From the IMG/VR virus record IMGVR_UViG_3300047160_005727, positions 1 through 64,000 of that record: a stretch of 64,000 nt of DNA; one strand, written 5' to 3'. Below the pieces are notes generated by a model. The model was not told the origin of the DNA. It saw only the letters and a program-made list of their open reading frames with translations, and did no database searches. Position 1 is the first letter of the stretch; each line of letters opens with the position of its first letter. Of the stretch, positions 26,514-35,156 are shown piece by piece. The stretch is from a virus. Position numbers and translations under genes: made by a program.

Positions 26514-29500
26514 ATGCCGAGCGTCCTCGGGGAGTCAGCACTTGGGCCAATACATCACGTCCCGCGCGATGGCGATGGCGACGGCCATGTCCATGATGGA
26601 ACGACGAAGGAGCACACAGTCTCGCGTTCGCCAGCGCTTCCGAAGCACGAAGCTAACGGGCTGCGGTCTTTCGGCGACTCTGACTCTATCCGAGCCCGGA
26701 TCCATGACCGAGTCCGTGAAGCTGCCAGTAACATCCCACCCATCACCAACCAGCGACACACCCTGACTCTCGAGGACGTCGGCTACGAAGGTGCCACCCA
26801 GCACGGTATCAACGACTGGAAGAAAGCTATCCTGGGCGGGCGTAGCTTGGGCTCGCGGCTCCGCGGCACCTGGGTGCTGACCGATAACGACACTGGCAAG
26901 GTCATCGAGAAGAAGCGATCGACCGTGGCCACGGTCCCCTACATGACCAGCCACGGCACGTTCGTCCAGAACGGCACCGAGTACACCCTGTCGCACCAGC
27001 TCAGGCTCCGGCCCGGTGTGTTTACCCGCGTGCAGCAGAATGGCGAGCTGGAAGCCCATGTCAACGTGATGCCGGGCAAGGGTGTCGCTCACCGCATCTT
27101 TATGGAGCCGGACACAGGCGTCTTCCGGCTCAAGGTCGGCCAGTCCAAGATGCCCCTGACGTCGGTCCTGCGCGCGATGGGCGCCAGCGACCGGCAGTTG
27201 CACGACGCCTGGGGTGACAACTACCAGGCCAACATGCTCAAGGACGACCCGTCCGTCATCGGCAAGCTGCACTCCCGGCTGGTTCGCAAGCCTGACTCGA
27301 CTAAGACCCCCGAGCAGGAAGTCCGTGAGTCGTTCGAGGGAATGGGGCTCGATCCCGAGGTCACCAAGCGCACTCTGGGCAAGCCCTACGATCGTGTCTC
27401 GCTCGACCAGATGCTGGATACCACCAAGAAGCTCATGGCCATCAACAAGGGTGAGGCCGAAACCGACGATCGCGACCACCTGGCCTACATGACTGCTCTG
27501 GGACCGGAAGACCTGATGGCCGAGCGGGTCGGCAAAGACCGCATGCTCTTGGGGAAGGTTCTTTGGAAAGCATCGATGACTGGCGGGCTCAAGCATGTCC
27601 AGCCGGACTTGCTCACTCGCGGCATCAACGCGGCCATCATGAGCAGCGGGCTCGGCCAGCCTACCGAGGGCATCAACCCGGCCATGATCTTCGACCAGCA
27701 GGCCCGGATCAGCCGGCTGGGCGTGGGCGGTATCCCATCGGTCGACTCGGTCCCGGCTGAAGCTCGTAACGTCCAGCCTTCGCACTTCGGTCTGATCGAT
27801 CCGCTGGTCACTCCCGAGAGCTTGCACGTCGGCATCGATAGCCGGGTGGCCCAGGGAACCATGAAGGGTGACGACGGTCGGCTCTACACGCCGTTCCGGA
27901 ACGTGAAGACTGGCCGTATGGAGCACCGGAGCGCCCAGGACCTGGCTGATGCTGTCATTGCTTTTCCAGGTGAACTGAACACCCTCAAGCCTCATGTCTC
28001 GGCGCTGGTGGGCGGCAAGATCCGGGACGTGCCCCGGAACCAGGTGCAGTACGAGCTGCCCAACATGGACGACGCCTTCAGCTCGATCTCGAACCTGGTG
28101 CCCCTCAAGTCCACTGTGAAAGGCCAGCGCGAGGTCATGGCCGGCCGCATGATCACCCAGGCGCTGCCGGTGTCGAACCCGCAGGCCCCGATGCTGCAAG
28201 CCGGCATCCAGGGCAGTAACGACAGCTACGAGTCCCGCTACGGCAAGCACATGGGTGCCTTGCACAGTGATGTCGGCGGCACCGTGGAGCATGTGGACAA
28301 GGACAAGGGCACGATCACGGTTCGCGGCGATGACGGGCAGCTGCGCAAGCACGAGCTTTATGTCAACTATCCCTATAACAGGAAGACTTATATCCATCAG
28401 ACACCAACCGTCGGGGTTGGGGACCGGGTCAACAAGGGTAGTCTGCTGGCCCGGTCTAACTACACCGACGAGCATGGCGTGGCTGCCCTGGGCCAGAACG
28501 CCCGCGTGGCCTACATTCCGTTCCGCGGACAGAACTTCGAGGACGCGATCGTTATCAGTGAGTCGATGGCCAAGCGGATGTCCTCGGAGCACATGTACCA
28601 GCACTCGCTCGACGCGGAAGAGGGGCTCAAGCCCAGCAAGAAGGCCCATGTCTCGATCTTCCCCGGGCGCTACGACAAGAAGATGCTGGAGACCATCGAC
28701 AACGAGGGCGTGGTCAAGCCCGGCACGATCGTCAACCACGGCGATCCGCTGATCCTGGCGGTCAAGGAACGTGAACGTACCCACGGAGCTATCAGCCGGG
28801 GCCGGTCGGCCTCCTGGGCCGATCACTCGAAGACCTGGGACCATCATGCTCCCGGTGAAGTGACTGACGTCGAGAAGACGCCCAACGGCATCGTGGTCTC
28901 GGTCAAGAGTACCAACCCGATGGAAGTCGGCGACAAGATGTCCGGCAGGTACGGGGACAAGGGAGTGGTTTCGTCGATCGTGCCCGACCACGAGATGCCC
29001 CACGACAGCCAGGGACGACCGTTCGAGGTGTTGTTGAACCCGCTGGGTATCATCTCCCGGACGAACCCGGCACAGAACATCGAGACGGCGTTGGGCAAGA
29101 TCTCCGAGAAGACGGGCCGGCCTTACCGGGTCGTCGACTTCGACAACAACCGTGACTATACCGAGTGGGCCATCGAAGAGCTGGCCAAGCATGGCATGAA
29201 GTCGACCGACACGATCCACGATCCGAGTTCGGGCCGGGATATCCCCAAGGTGCTTACTGGCAGCCGCTGGTTCATGAAGCTGCACCATACCAGCGAGTCC
29301 AAGGCCCAGGGCCGTGGCACCGGTGGCTACACGGCCGAGGGTACACCAGCGCGCGGCGGCGAAGCCGGCTCCAAGCGGATCTCTCTGATGGACATCAACG
29401 CGCTCTTGTCGCACGGAGCGACCGAAGTCCTGCGTGATGCTGGCGCAGTCCGGGGTCAGGCCCATCCGGAATTCTGGCAGCAGTTCATGGCCGGCCAGCC

Positions 29501-30983
29501 GATGCCTACCCCCAAGAGGCCGATGGTCTACGACAAGTTTATTAACTTGCTCAAGGCTGGCGGCATTAACGTGGTACGCCAGGGCACCAGGCTCAATGTC
29601 ATGGCCCTGTCTAACAAAGACGTCAACGAGCTGGCCGGCGATCGGGAGATCAAGCACGCCGACACGGTGGACTGGAAAGGGGGCATGAAGCCCCTGAAGG
29701 GTGGCCTGTTCGACGAAGCCCTGACCGGCGGCCACGGCGGTAACCGGTGGTCCTACATCAAGCTGGCCGAGCCCTTGCCCAACCCAGCCATGGAAGAGCC
29801 GATCCGCCGGATGCTGGGGCTCACCCAGGACAAGTTCATGAGCGTGCTGTCGGGCAAGGAGCAGCTCAACGGGCGTACGGGCTCGGAAGCCATATCCCGG
29901 GCGCTGGACGACATCGACATCGACAAGTCGATCGACCAGGCCAGGGCGGACATCCGGTCGGGCCGCAAGGGAGCGCGCGACGCGGCTGTGCGCAAGCTCG
30001 GCTATCTGAAGTCGGCCAAGCAGTATGGGCTGCACCCTCGCGACTGGATGCTGGACAAGGCCCCCGTGCTGCCGCCGGCTTTCAGGCCCGTCTCGACCAT
30101 GGCCGGCAGCAAGCTGCCGCTGGTGGCCGACGCCAACTATCTCTACAAGGAGCTGATCGAGGCCAGGGATAACCTGCGCGAGATGAAGGGTAAGGTTGGC
30201 GACGTATCCGAAGAACGGCAGGCTGCCTACGATGCCCTGAAAGCTGTAACCGGCCTGGGCGATCCGCTCCACCCCAAGAACAAGGAAAAGGGTGTCCGGG
30301 GCATGCTCAAGCAGGTCTTCGGCAACAGCCCCAAGTCGGGCATCGTCCAGCGCAAGCTGCTGGCTAGTGCGACCGACCTGGTGGGCCGAGCTACCATCGT
30401 GCCCAACCCCGATCTCGACATGGACCAGGTTGGGCTCCCGGAGAACCGGGCCTGGGATGTCTACCAGCCCTTCATCGTTCGCCGGCTGGTGCGCAGAGGT
30501 ATGAACCGGATCGACGCTGTTCGAGCTGTTCGGGACCGCCGGCCCGAAGCTCGTGAAGCAATGGTCACCGAGATGGATGCCCGGCCGGTCATCATCAACC
30601 GGGCTCCGGTACTTCACCGGTACGGCATCATGGCCTTCAGGCCCAGGCTCGAGAAGGGCGATACGTTGCACGTATCCCCACTGATCGTTTCGGGGTTCAA
30701 TGCTGACTTCGACGGCGATGCCATGCAGTATCACGTGCCGGTCACCGATGAGGCAGTCCGGGACGCCTACGAGAAGATGTTACCCTCCAGGAATTTATTA
30801 GCTGCTGCCTCATTTAAGGTTCACATTTTGCCTTCCAGAGAATATGCTGGCGGTCTCTATGCAGCATCATCGGCGAAGTCTGATAAACGGCCAAGAGTCT
30901 TTGCCACCAAAGCAGATGCGATGGCTGCCTATCGACGTGGCGACATCAATGTTGATCAGCCCATCGAGATCGTCCAGCACTAA
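26514..30983 (+). CDS. rpoB-rpoC(N): Phage multisubunit RNA polymerase: beta subunit fused to the N-terminal (catalytic) half of beta'
   Basis: Beta motifs: VQPSHFGLIDPLVTPES, NFEDAIVISE, GDKMSGRYGDKG, LNPLGIISR, MKLHH. Beta' motifs: GGLFD, VLPPAFRP, NRAPVLHR, NADFDGD (30699-30719). Confidence 0.95.
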   Translation: MPSVLGESALGPIHHVPRDGDGDGHVHDGTTKEHTVSRSPALPKHEANGLRSFGDSDSIRARIHDRVREAASNIPPITNQRHTLTLEDVGYEGATQHGINDWKKAILGGRSLGSRLRGTWVLTDNDTGKVIEKKRSTVATVPYMTSHGTFVQNGTEYTLSHQLRLRPGVFTRVQQNGELEAHVNVMPGKGVAHRIFMEPDTGVFRLKVGQSKMPLTSVLRAMGASDRQLHDAWGDNYQANMLKDDPSVIGKLHSRLVRKPDSTKTPEQEVRESFEGMGLDPEVTKRTLGKPYDRVSLDQMLDTTKKLMAINKGEAETDDRDHLAYMTALGPEDLMAERVGKDRMLLGKVLWKASMTGGLKHVQPDLLTRGINAAIMSSGLGQPTEGINPAMIFDQQARISRLGVGGIPSVDSVPAEARNVQPSHFGLIDPLVTPESLHVGIDSRVAQGTMKGDDGRLYTPFRNVKTGRMEHRSAQDLADAVIAFPGELNTLKPHVSALVGGKIRDVPRNQVQYELPNMDDAFSSISNLVPLKSTVKGQREVMAGRMITQALPVSNPQAPMLQAGIQGSNDSYESRYGKHMGALHSDVGGTVEHVDKDKGTITVRGDDGQLRKHELYVNYPYNRKTYIHQTPTVGVGDRVNKGSLLARSNYTDEHGVAALGQNARVAYIPFRGQNFEDAIVISESMAKRMSSEHMYQHSLDAEEGLKPSKKAHVSIFPGRYDKKMLETIDNEGVVKPGTIVNHGDPLILAVKERERTHGAISRGRSASWADHSKTWDHHAPGEVTDVEKTPNGIVVSVKSTNPMEVGDKMSGRYGDKGVVSSIVPDHEMPHDSQGRPFEVLLNPLGIISRTNPAQNIETALGKISEKTGRPYRVVDFDNNRDYTEWAIEELAKHGMKSTDTIHDPSSGRDIPKVLTGSRWFMKLHHTSESKAQGRGTGGYTAEGTPARGGEAGSKRISLMDINALLSHGATEVLRDAGAVRGQAHPEFWQQFMAGQPMPTPKRPMVYDKFINLLKAGGINVVRQGTRLNVMALSNKDVNELAGDREIKHADTVDWKGGMKPLKGGLFDEALTGGHGGNRWSYIKLAEPLPNPAMEEPIRRMLGLTQDKFMSVLSGKEQLNGRTGSEAISRALDDIDIDKSIDQARADIRSGRKGARDAAVRKLGYLKSAKQYGLHPRDWMLDKAPVLPPAFRPVSTMAGSKLPLVADANYLYKELIEARDNLREMKGKVGDVSEERQAAYDALKAVTGLGDPLHPKNKEKGVRGMLKQVFGNSPKSGIVQRKLLASATDLVGRATIVPNPDLDMDQVGLPENRAWDVYQPFIVRRLVRRGMNRIDAVRAVRDRRPEAREAMVTEMDARPVIINRAPVLHRYGIMAFRPRLEKGDTLHVSPLIVSGFNADFDGDAMQYHVPVTDEAVRDAYEKMLPSRNLLAAASFKVHILPSREYAGGLYAASSAKSDKRPRVFATKADAMAAYRRGDINVDQPIEIVQH

Positions 30984-30995
30984 TGGAAGGGTCAA

Positions 30996-31604
30996 GTGGC
31001 AACCTCAACGGAACGAGCCAGGGCTCGTCGAGCCGCTGGTCTTTGCATCACCTGCCTGAAGAAGCACAAGTCCGGTCGAGCCCGCTGCCAGAAGTGTCAT
31101 GACAGATGTCTGGCTGCACAACGTAAGTCTCGTCGTGAACGGACTGCTCGTAATATCTGTCCCTGCGGCAAACCGCCAGTGGCGGGTAAGCGACTTTGCA
31201 AGAAATGTCAGAAGGTACAGGTCACTATCACCAGAGCACGAATGAAGCGCTATCGTGCCGCCGGCCTATGTTGTTGCGGTAAGCCTCCGGTTACTGGTAA
31301 GAAGTCGTGTGGTGCCTGTCTGGAAACCTTCAGGCGAGCGCATCAGAAACTTCGAGATGAAGTCTTCGCCGCCTATGGTGGTTACATCTGCAAGTGCTGT
31401 GACGAGACCATACCCGAGTTCCTTGAACTTGATCATATCGACAATAACGGCGGGAGCCATCGCCGCAAGATCGGATCCGGTATGATGTATCGTTGGTTGA
31501 AGACGCACGGCTTCCCGCCCGGCTATCAGGTACTCTGCTCGAACTGTCACTTCGCGCGGCATCGTCATGGCCGTTGTCCGCATGAAGCCCTTAAGCTAAG
31601 ATAA
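30996..31604 (+). CDS. Free-standing HNH endonuclease with Cys-rich repeats
   Basis: Repeated CxxC units, then CKCC.E...LELDHIDNNG...YRWL...GFP.GYQVLCSNCH. Lower GC than flanking genes. Confidence 0.85.
   Translation: MATSTERARARRAAGLCITCLKKHKSGRARCQKCHDRCLAAQRKSRRERTARNICPCGKPPVAGKRLCKKCQKVQVTITRARMKRYRAAGLCCCGKPPVTGKKSCGACLETFRRAHQKLRDEVFAAYGGYICKCCDETIPEFLELDHIDNNGGSHRRKIGSGMMYRWLKTHGFPPGYQVLCSNCHFARHRHGRCPHEALKLR
31574..31602 (+). promoter_or_regulatory. Sigma70-like promoter TTGTCC-N17-TAAGAT
   Basis: 17-bp spacing at the 3' end of the HNH gene, ahead of 31654. Confidence 0.4.
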
Positions 31605-31653
31605 CGGCGAGCACGGTTCGAGGACCGATCAACCTACAACAAGGACGTGAGCC

Positions 31654-32403
31654 ATGGCCGTGACCCCGCTTATCAACCCGCATCTGCGAGCCGTAGCACG
31701 GTGGCGAGTCGGCAGTGATGTCCTGGACGACAGCGAGTTCGAGAAGACCGCACAGCCCCCCGGCGACCCGACTGCCGGTGGTGGAGCGCCGCCTGCGCCG
31801 ATGCCAGATCCTGCGGCTATGGCTGCTGGTGGCGGTGGTGCGCCTCCGCCGCCCGGCGGCCCGCTTGATCCGGCGACACTGGCTCAGATCACCCAGGCGG
31901 TCCACGGCTCTGGCGGCGGCCCTGGCGGACCCCATGGTAAGGGCGGCGGCAAGAAGGCTGAGCAACAGCTCCTGGATACCAAGCTGTGGACGATCCAGTT
32001 CCTACTGGTGAAGATCTGTGAGAACCTCCAGATCCAGGTACCGCCTTCGATCGTGGTCGGCCCGCCGCCCGATCAGATGATGATGCAACAGGCACAGCAA
32101 GAGCAGGCAGCCCCTGGCGGTGGCGGCGCCAACATCGAAGGAGCCGGCGGGGGTGGAGGTGGCCCGGCCGGACCTGGCCCGATCCCGCCATTGACAGCTG
32201 ACCAAGGCCCGATCGGCGGCGCGCCTGGCGGTGGCGGCATGAAGGCAGGTTCCGCCATCAGTAACCTGTCCAACCTGATCGATACTGGCCGCAGGTCGTT
32301 TGACGTCGGCTCCGAGTATGCGCTCGACTCGCTGCGTGAAGTCCGTAGCAAGGCAGCGGCCATGGCTGCTCTTTCGAGATCACTCAAGAACGGTGCTGCA
32401 TGA
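31654..32403 (+). CDS. Pro/Gly-rich virion-associated protein
   Basis: FEKTAQ and RSKAAA motifs; low-complexity Pro/Gly tracts around a short helical core. Confidence 0.7.
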   Translation: MAVTPLINPHLRAVARWRVGSDVLDDSEFEKTAQPPGDPTAGGGAPPAPMPDPAAMAAGGGGAPPPPGGPLDPATLAQITQAVHGSGGGPGGPHGKGGGKKAEQQLLDTKLWTIQFLLVKICENLQIQVPPSIVVGPPPDQMMMQQAQQEQAAPGGGGANIEGAGGGGGGPAGPGPIPPLTADQGPIGGAPGGGGMKAGSAISNLSNLIDTGRRSFDVGSEYALDSLREVRSKAAAMAALSRSLKNGAA

Positions 32404-32654
32404 TCCTGGAGATACTCGACGGTCTGGGGCATCCCATTGTGATCCCGGCCACCCGCGTGGTGATCAAGAGCTACAACGGGACACCTCTGGCTGCGGCTGT
32501 GGAATGGGAAGGCAGCGAGGACGGGACGCACATCACGGTAGCTCACGCCAACGATAAGAACTTCAACCAGGTCCTGGCCAACCTCGGCCTCGACCGGGTC
32601 AAGGTCGATACGGTTACGCCCAAAGCTCTCAGCGACTACGCCTGGCGGGTTTGA
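32400..32654 (+). CDS. Small hypothetical protein
   Basis: ATGA overlap with the upstream stop; 84 aa. Confidence 0.72.
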   Translation: MILEILDGLGHPIVIPATRVVIKSYNGTPLAAAVEWEGSEDGTHITVAHANDKNFNQVLANLGLDRVKVDTVTPKALSDYAWRV

Positions 32655-32682
32655 GCTAAAGATCGGGCGTTTTCTTGTCATA
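32655..32682 (+). promoter_or_regulatory. Bipartite motif GCTAAA-N15-TGTCATA, copy 1
   Basis: Identical boxes recur at 33337 and 34051, each at the start of a unit. Confidence 0.65.
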
Positions 32683-32689
32683 TAGAAGT

Positions 32690-33066
32690 GTGGGACGCCT
32701 ATGTCGTTTCCACCTGCCAGCTCCTGTTCCCTTTTCATGGGAGTCTGTGGCAGTAGCCGATCCTTGGTACGTCACGCTCGTTGCGTACGTATCGCCAAGG
32801 TCACGGCAACGGGAAAAGGGCCGGAAAGCTACCGGAGCTGGTTCGGGTTTAGCGACTCTCGGACAGGAGAGGAAGTACCCGAGGCAATATGACTGTGTCG
32901 CCTGGTTGACTTTGTGCTGGGGATCGCCGCGTCTAGTCAACGCGGAACACTCCTACAAGGTCAAGACCCGGCCATCCGTAGCAAGACTGCGGAGCGGACC
33001 AGGATGGTTCATGCAACACGGTGGGTACCCGTGCGCTGCGGAAGGGGCTGTCTCCCCTTCTTTTTT
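32690..33066 (+). ncRNA. Candidate structured RNA A
   Basis: Lies between the promoter motif and an intrinsic terminator. Stems: CCTTGG/CCAAGG, GTTGACT/AGTCAAC, CCATCC/GGATGG, TCCGTAG/CTGCGGA, CACGG/CCGTG. Confidence 0.5.
33041..33066 (+). terminator. Intrinsic terminator
   Basis: GAAGGGG-CTGTCT-CCCCTTC followed by T6. Confidence 0.8.
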
Positions 33067-33084
33067 CACTTGCCCATGAAGTGA

Positions 33085-33322
33085 TGTAGCTGGTTGACTT
33101 TCTTGTGTGACATCTTTGAGCTGCCCGGCACCCCCGCACGTCCGCGTGGGGCCCATTACGCCGACGTGGTGGACGCACCACGACGAAGACGGATGGATCA
33201 GTCCAAGGCCAGGCTACCTGCGACAAGACCGCAGGATGGTCGGAGGGGAGGTTCCCTGACCCGACAAGCGACATGGTGATATTCCATGCAACGCGGAAAA
33301 AGGCTAACAACCTTTTTTTTTT
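33085..33322 (+). ncRNA. Candidate structured RNA B, related to RNA A
   Basis: Stems: CGTGGTG/CACCACG, CCTGCG/CGCAGG, GTCGG/CCGAC, CATGG/CCATG. Shares four colinear motifs with RNA A and ends in T10. Confidence 0.5.
33297..33322 (+). terminator. Terminator-like hairpin with T-run
   Basis: AAAAAGG-CTAACAA-CCTTTTT with a T10 run; the stem is weak. Confidence 0.5.
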
Positions 33323-33336
33323 ACCTATCAGCGGAT

Positions 33337-33364
33337 GCTAAAACTTGGCGCCGGTTCTGTCATA
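33337..33364 (+). promoter_or_regulatory. Bipartite motif GCTAAA-N15-TGTCATA, copy 2
   Basis: Upstream of the 33494 ORF. Confidence 0.65.
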
Positions 33365-33493
33365 TACCAATGCAGTGCAGCTATGATCTGGGCTGATCAC
33401 CTGGATCGTCAAGTAGCTGTGTTGTACGGCGTGGGGTAGCACCTTGCCCCACGTCGTTTCGTTTACCATCAACAGGAGTAATGGAGGAGCGTA

Positions 33494-33925
33494 ATGACTA
33501 CAGAGGGAAACGGTATCGCGCGAATGGAGCAGGAGACAGTGGTGCATAAGCTATCGGACTGGTTGTTGCGGCAGCCAGGGCCATCGAAGCCGTACGTCGA
33601 AGCCGTGACCGGGCCGACGGAAGGCTTCAACATCGAGGGGACGTTTGCAGGGAAACCGATCTACGTGTTATGCAGCGGTGGCCCGCTGAACGAGCGCGAG
33701 GGAACGGAAGAATGGGCGACCCTGGACGGGATCATGGCCAAGGCCCTGTCCATGATGGAAGCCTACCGTGAAGATATCTGGCTCGCGGTCCCCAACTCTC
33801 CGGCGTTCGAGGCAGCAGCACGTAGTGCTGCTGCTAACCTGGAACTGGCCAAGCCCTGGCAGGCCATCGCGCTTGTCGGGCCAGGTGGGCAAGTGCGGTT
33901 CATCCAACGGCCGAAGACGGCGTAA
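33494..33925 (+). CDS. Hypothetical protein, possibly a degenerate PD-(D/E)XK nuclease fold
   Basis: GGAGGAG RBS; E..V...L..WL...G...FNIEG.....IYVLCSGG...IWLAVP...IALV pattern. Confidence 0.7.
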   Translation: MTTEGNGIARMEQETVVHKLSDWLLRQPGPSKPYVEAVTGPTEGFNIEGTFAGKPIYVLCSGGPLNEREGTEEWATLDGIMAKALSMMEAYREDIWLAVPNSPAFEAAARSAAANLELAKPWQAIALVGPGGQVRFIQRPKTA

Positions 33926-34024
33926 CGGATGTGACGGATGTAACGGTTGCAAGCGACAGCAAGCGACTGCAAGCGACTGCAAACGACAGCAAGTGACAGC
34001 AAATGTCGCAACCGTTACATCCGT
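33922..34024. repeat. Five 10-bp tandem repeats enclosed by a perfect 17-bp inverted repeat
   Basis: ACGGATGTAACGGTTGC (33934-33950) / GCAACCGTTACATCCGT (34008-34024). AARYGACWGC x5 (33951-34000). 9-bp GTRACGGWT x3 (33922-33948). Confidence 0.9.
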
Positions 34025-34050
34025 ACTTTTTTCCTGTTTTTTGGCTGTTT

Positions 34051-34079
34051 GCTAAAGCCACGGGCCATTCCGTGTCATA
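34051..34079 (+). promoter_or_regulatory. Bipartite motif GCTAAA-N16-TGTCATA, copy 3
   Basis: Upstream of the 34155 ORF. Confidence 0.65.
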
Positions 34080-34154
34080 AACTGTGAGGGGTATCATATC
34101 GCTTGATACCGATGGGAACCGTAGCAAGGGCCTGGCCCTTGAAAGGAGTTTTGA

Positions 34155-35087
34155 ATGGCTTCGGTTCAGAGAGTCACTGTCATGGTCGAACGCGATGGTA
34201 TAGGTGTCGAGACCATCACGTTCGAGCGAGGCGGCGACACGAGGATCACTTTGGACCTGTTCGAGAAGCGGTCTGTTTGCTTCTCGGTAAGCAGTCTGGA
34301 TGCCGGTTCTAATGCTCGACCACCGTTGCAAGAGGAACGGATAGCAGAGCCGGCACCCGTGTCGGAAGCAGTGAAAAGCCCGCCGTCATCATCCACACCA
34401 TCCCCGGTCGTTGAACCGGTGGAACCGCCCATGAATGGTGAAGTTCTACATGCGACACCAACAACGCATCTTGAAGGTGCGACTGCGGCCTCGCAAAAGG
34501 CAGCAGAGGGCGAGCGCTGGAAACACTACGATGATGACGATGAGCTATCGGATGATGATCTATCGCGGAAGGCTTCACCGAACTCGAAGGCTACCATGGC
34601 CACGGCGCTGAAGAGCAGGGGCAAGCCCAAGGATCAGCGACGTAGCAATGAGCACCCCGAGTACTACAGGAACCACCACGACTATCGTGGGCCAGACGGT
34701 AGATCGTGGCAGAAGCGCCCCGAGACGCTGACTGCCGAGCCGTTGGCTGTCGAACTGTCGACTCCTGAGTCACCTCCTATGGAGGACTCTGGATCGGCAA
34801 CGGTGGGTGCGGCGCTCTTGGATCCGGTGAAGCCTGGGGTATCCGCGTTCGCTTCGCTGGCTGCCGCGCCGGCTCCTGCTCCGAAGGCGTTCTTGCCGGG
34901 CACGCCCGAGTTCGTGCCCAGGCGGAAGCATCGGGACAGGAAACGAAAGAAGAAGACCAGCCGCAGAAACCAGGGCTGGTACAAGAACAAGTTGCGGGAT
35001 ATCGGGGGCAAGCTCCGATCGTCTCTTGATCTCTTGGGGGACCGTAAGGTTCTGCTTCCGATCGACATTCCTACGCCTTCGTCGTAA
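34155..35087 (+). CDS. Largely disordered hypothetical protein with acidic and basic tracts
   Basis: AAAGGAG RBS; DDDDELSDDD and RRKHRDRKRKKK tracts. Confidence 0.7.
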   Translation: MASVQRVTVMVERDGIGVETITFERGGDTRITLDLFEKRSVCFSVSSLDAGSNARPPLQEERIAEPAPVSEAVKSPPSSSTPSPVVEPVEPPMNGEVLHATPTTHLEGATAASQKAAEGERWKHYDDDDELSDDDLSRKASPNSKATMATALKSRGKPKDQRRSNEHPEYYRNHHDYRGPDGRSWQKRPETLTAEPLAVELSTPESPPMEDSGSATVGAALLDPVKPGVSAFASLAAAPAPAPKAFLPGTPEFVPRRKHRDRKRKKKTSRRNQGWYKNKLRDIGGKLRSSLDLLGDRKVLLPIDIPTPSS

Positions 35088-35090
35088 GTT

Positions 35091-35138
35091 ATGGGGGGAT
35101 GGGACGGCCTGCGGGCTGCCCTCCCCCATCCTTTTTTT
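35091..35138 (+). terminator. Intrinsic terminator
   Basis: GGATGGG...CCCATCC stem followed by T7. Confidence 0.7.
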
Positions 35139-35156
35139 AACTATCAGGCGGCAGGG

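Noticed and set aside
26535-30734. 1399-aa minus-strand ORF, and similar long antisense ORFs at 40479-41642, 47228-48469 and 8945-10138
   Set aside because: Shadow ORFs opposite well-supported GC-rich genes, with no recognisable motifs. The two +1-frame nucleases, by contrast, carry full family signatures.
32675-33079. 134-aa and 63-aa ORFs in the intergenic island
   Set aside because: Weak or absent RBS and atypical composition; dense base-pairing and paired motifs fit RNA better, though a small peptide is not excluded.
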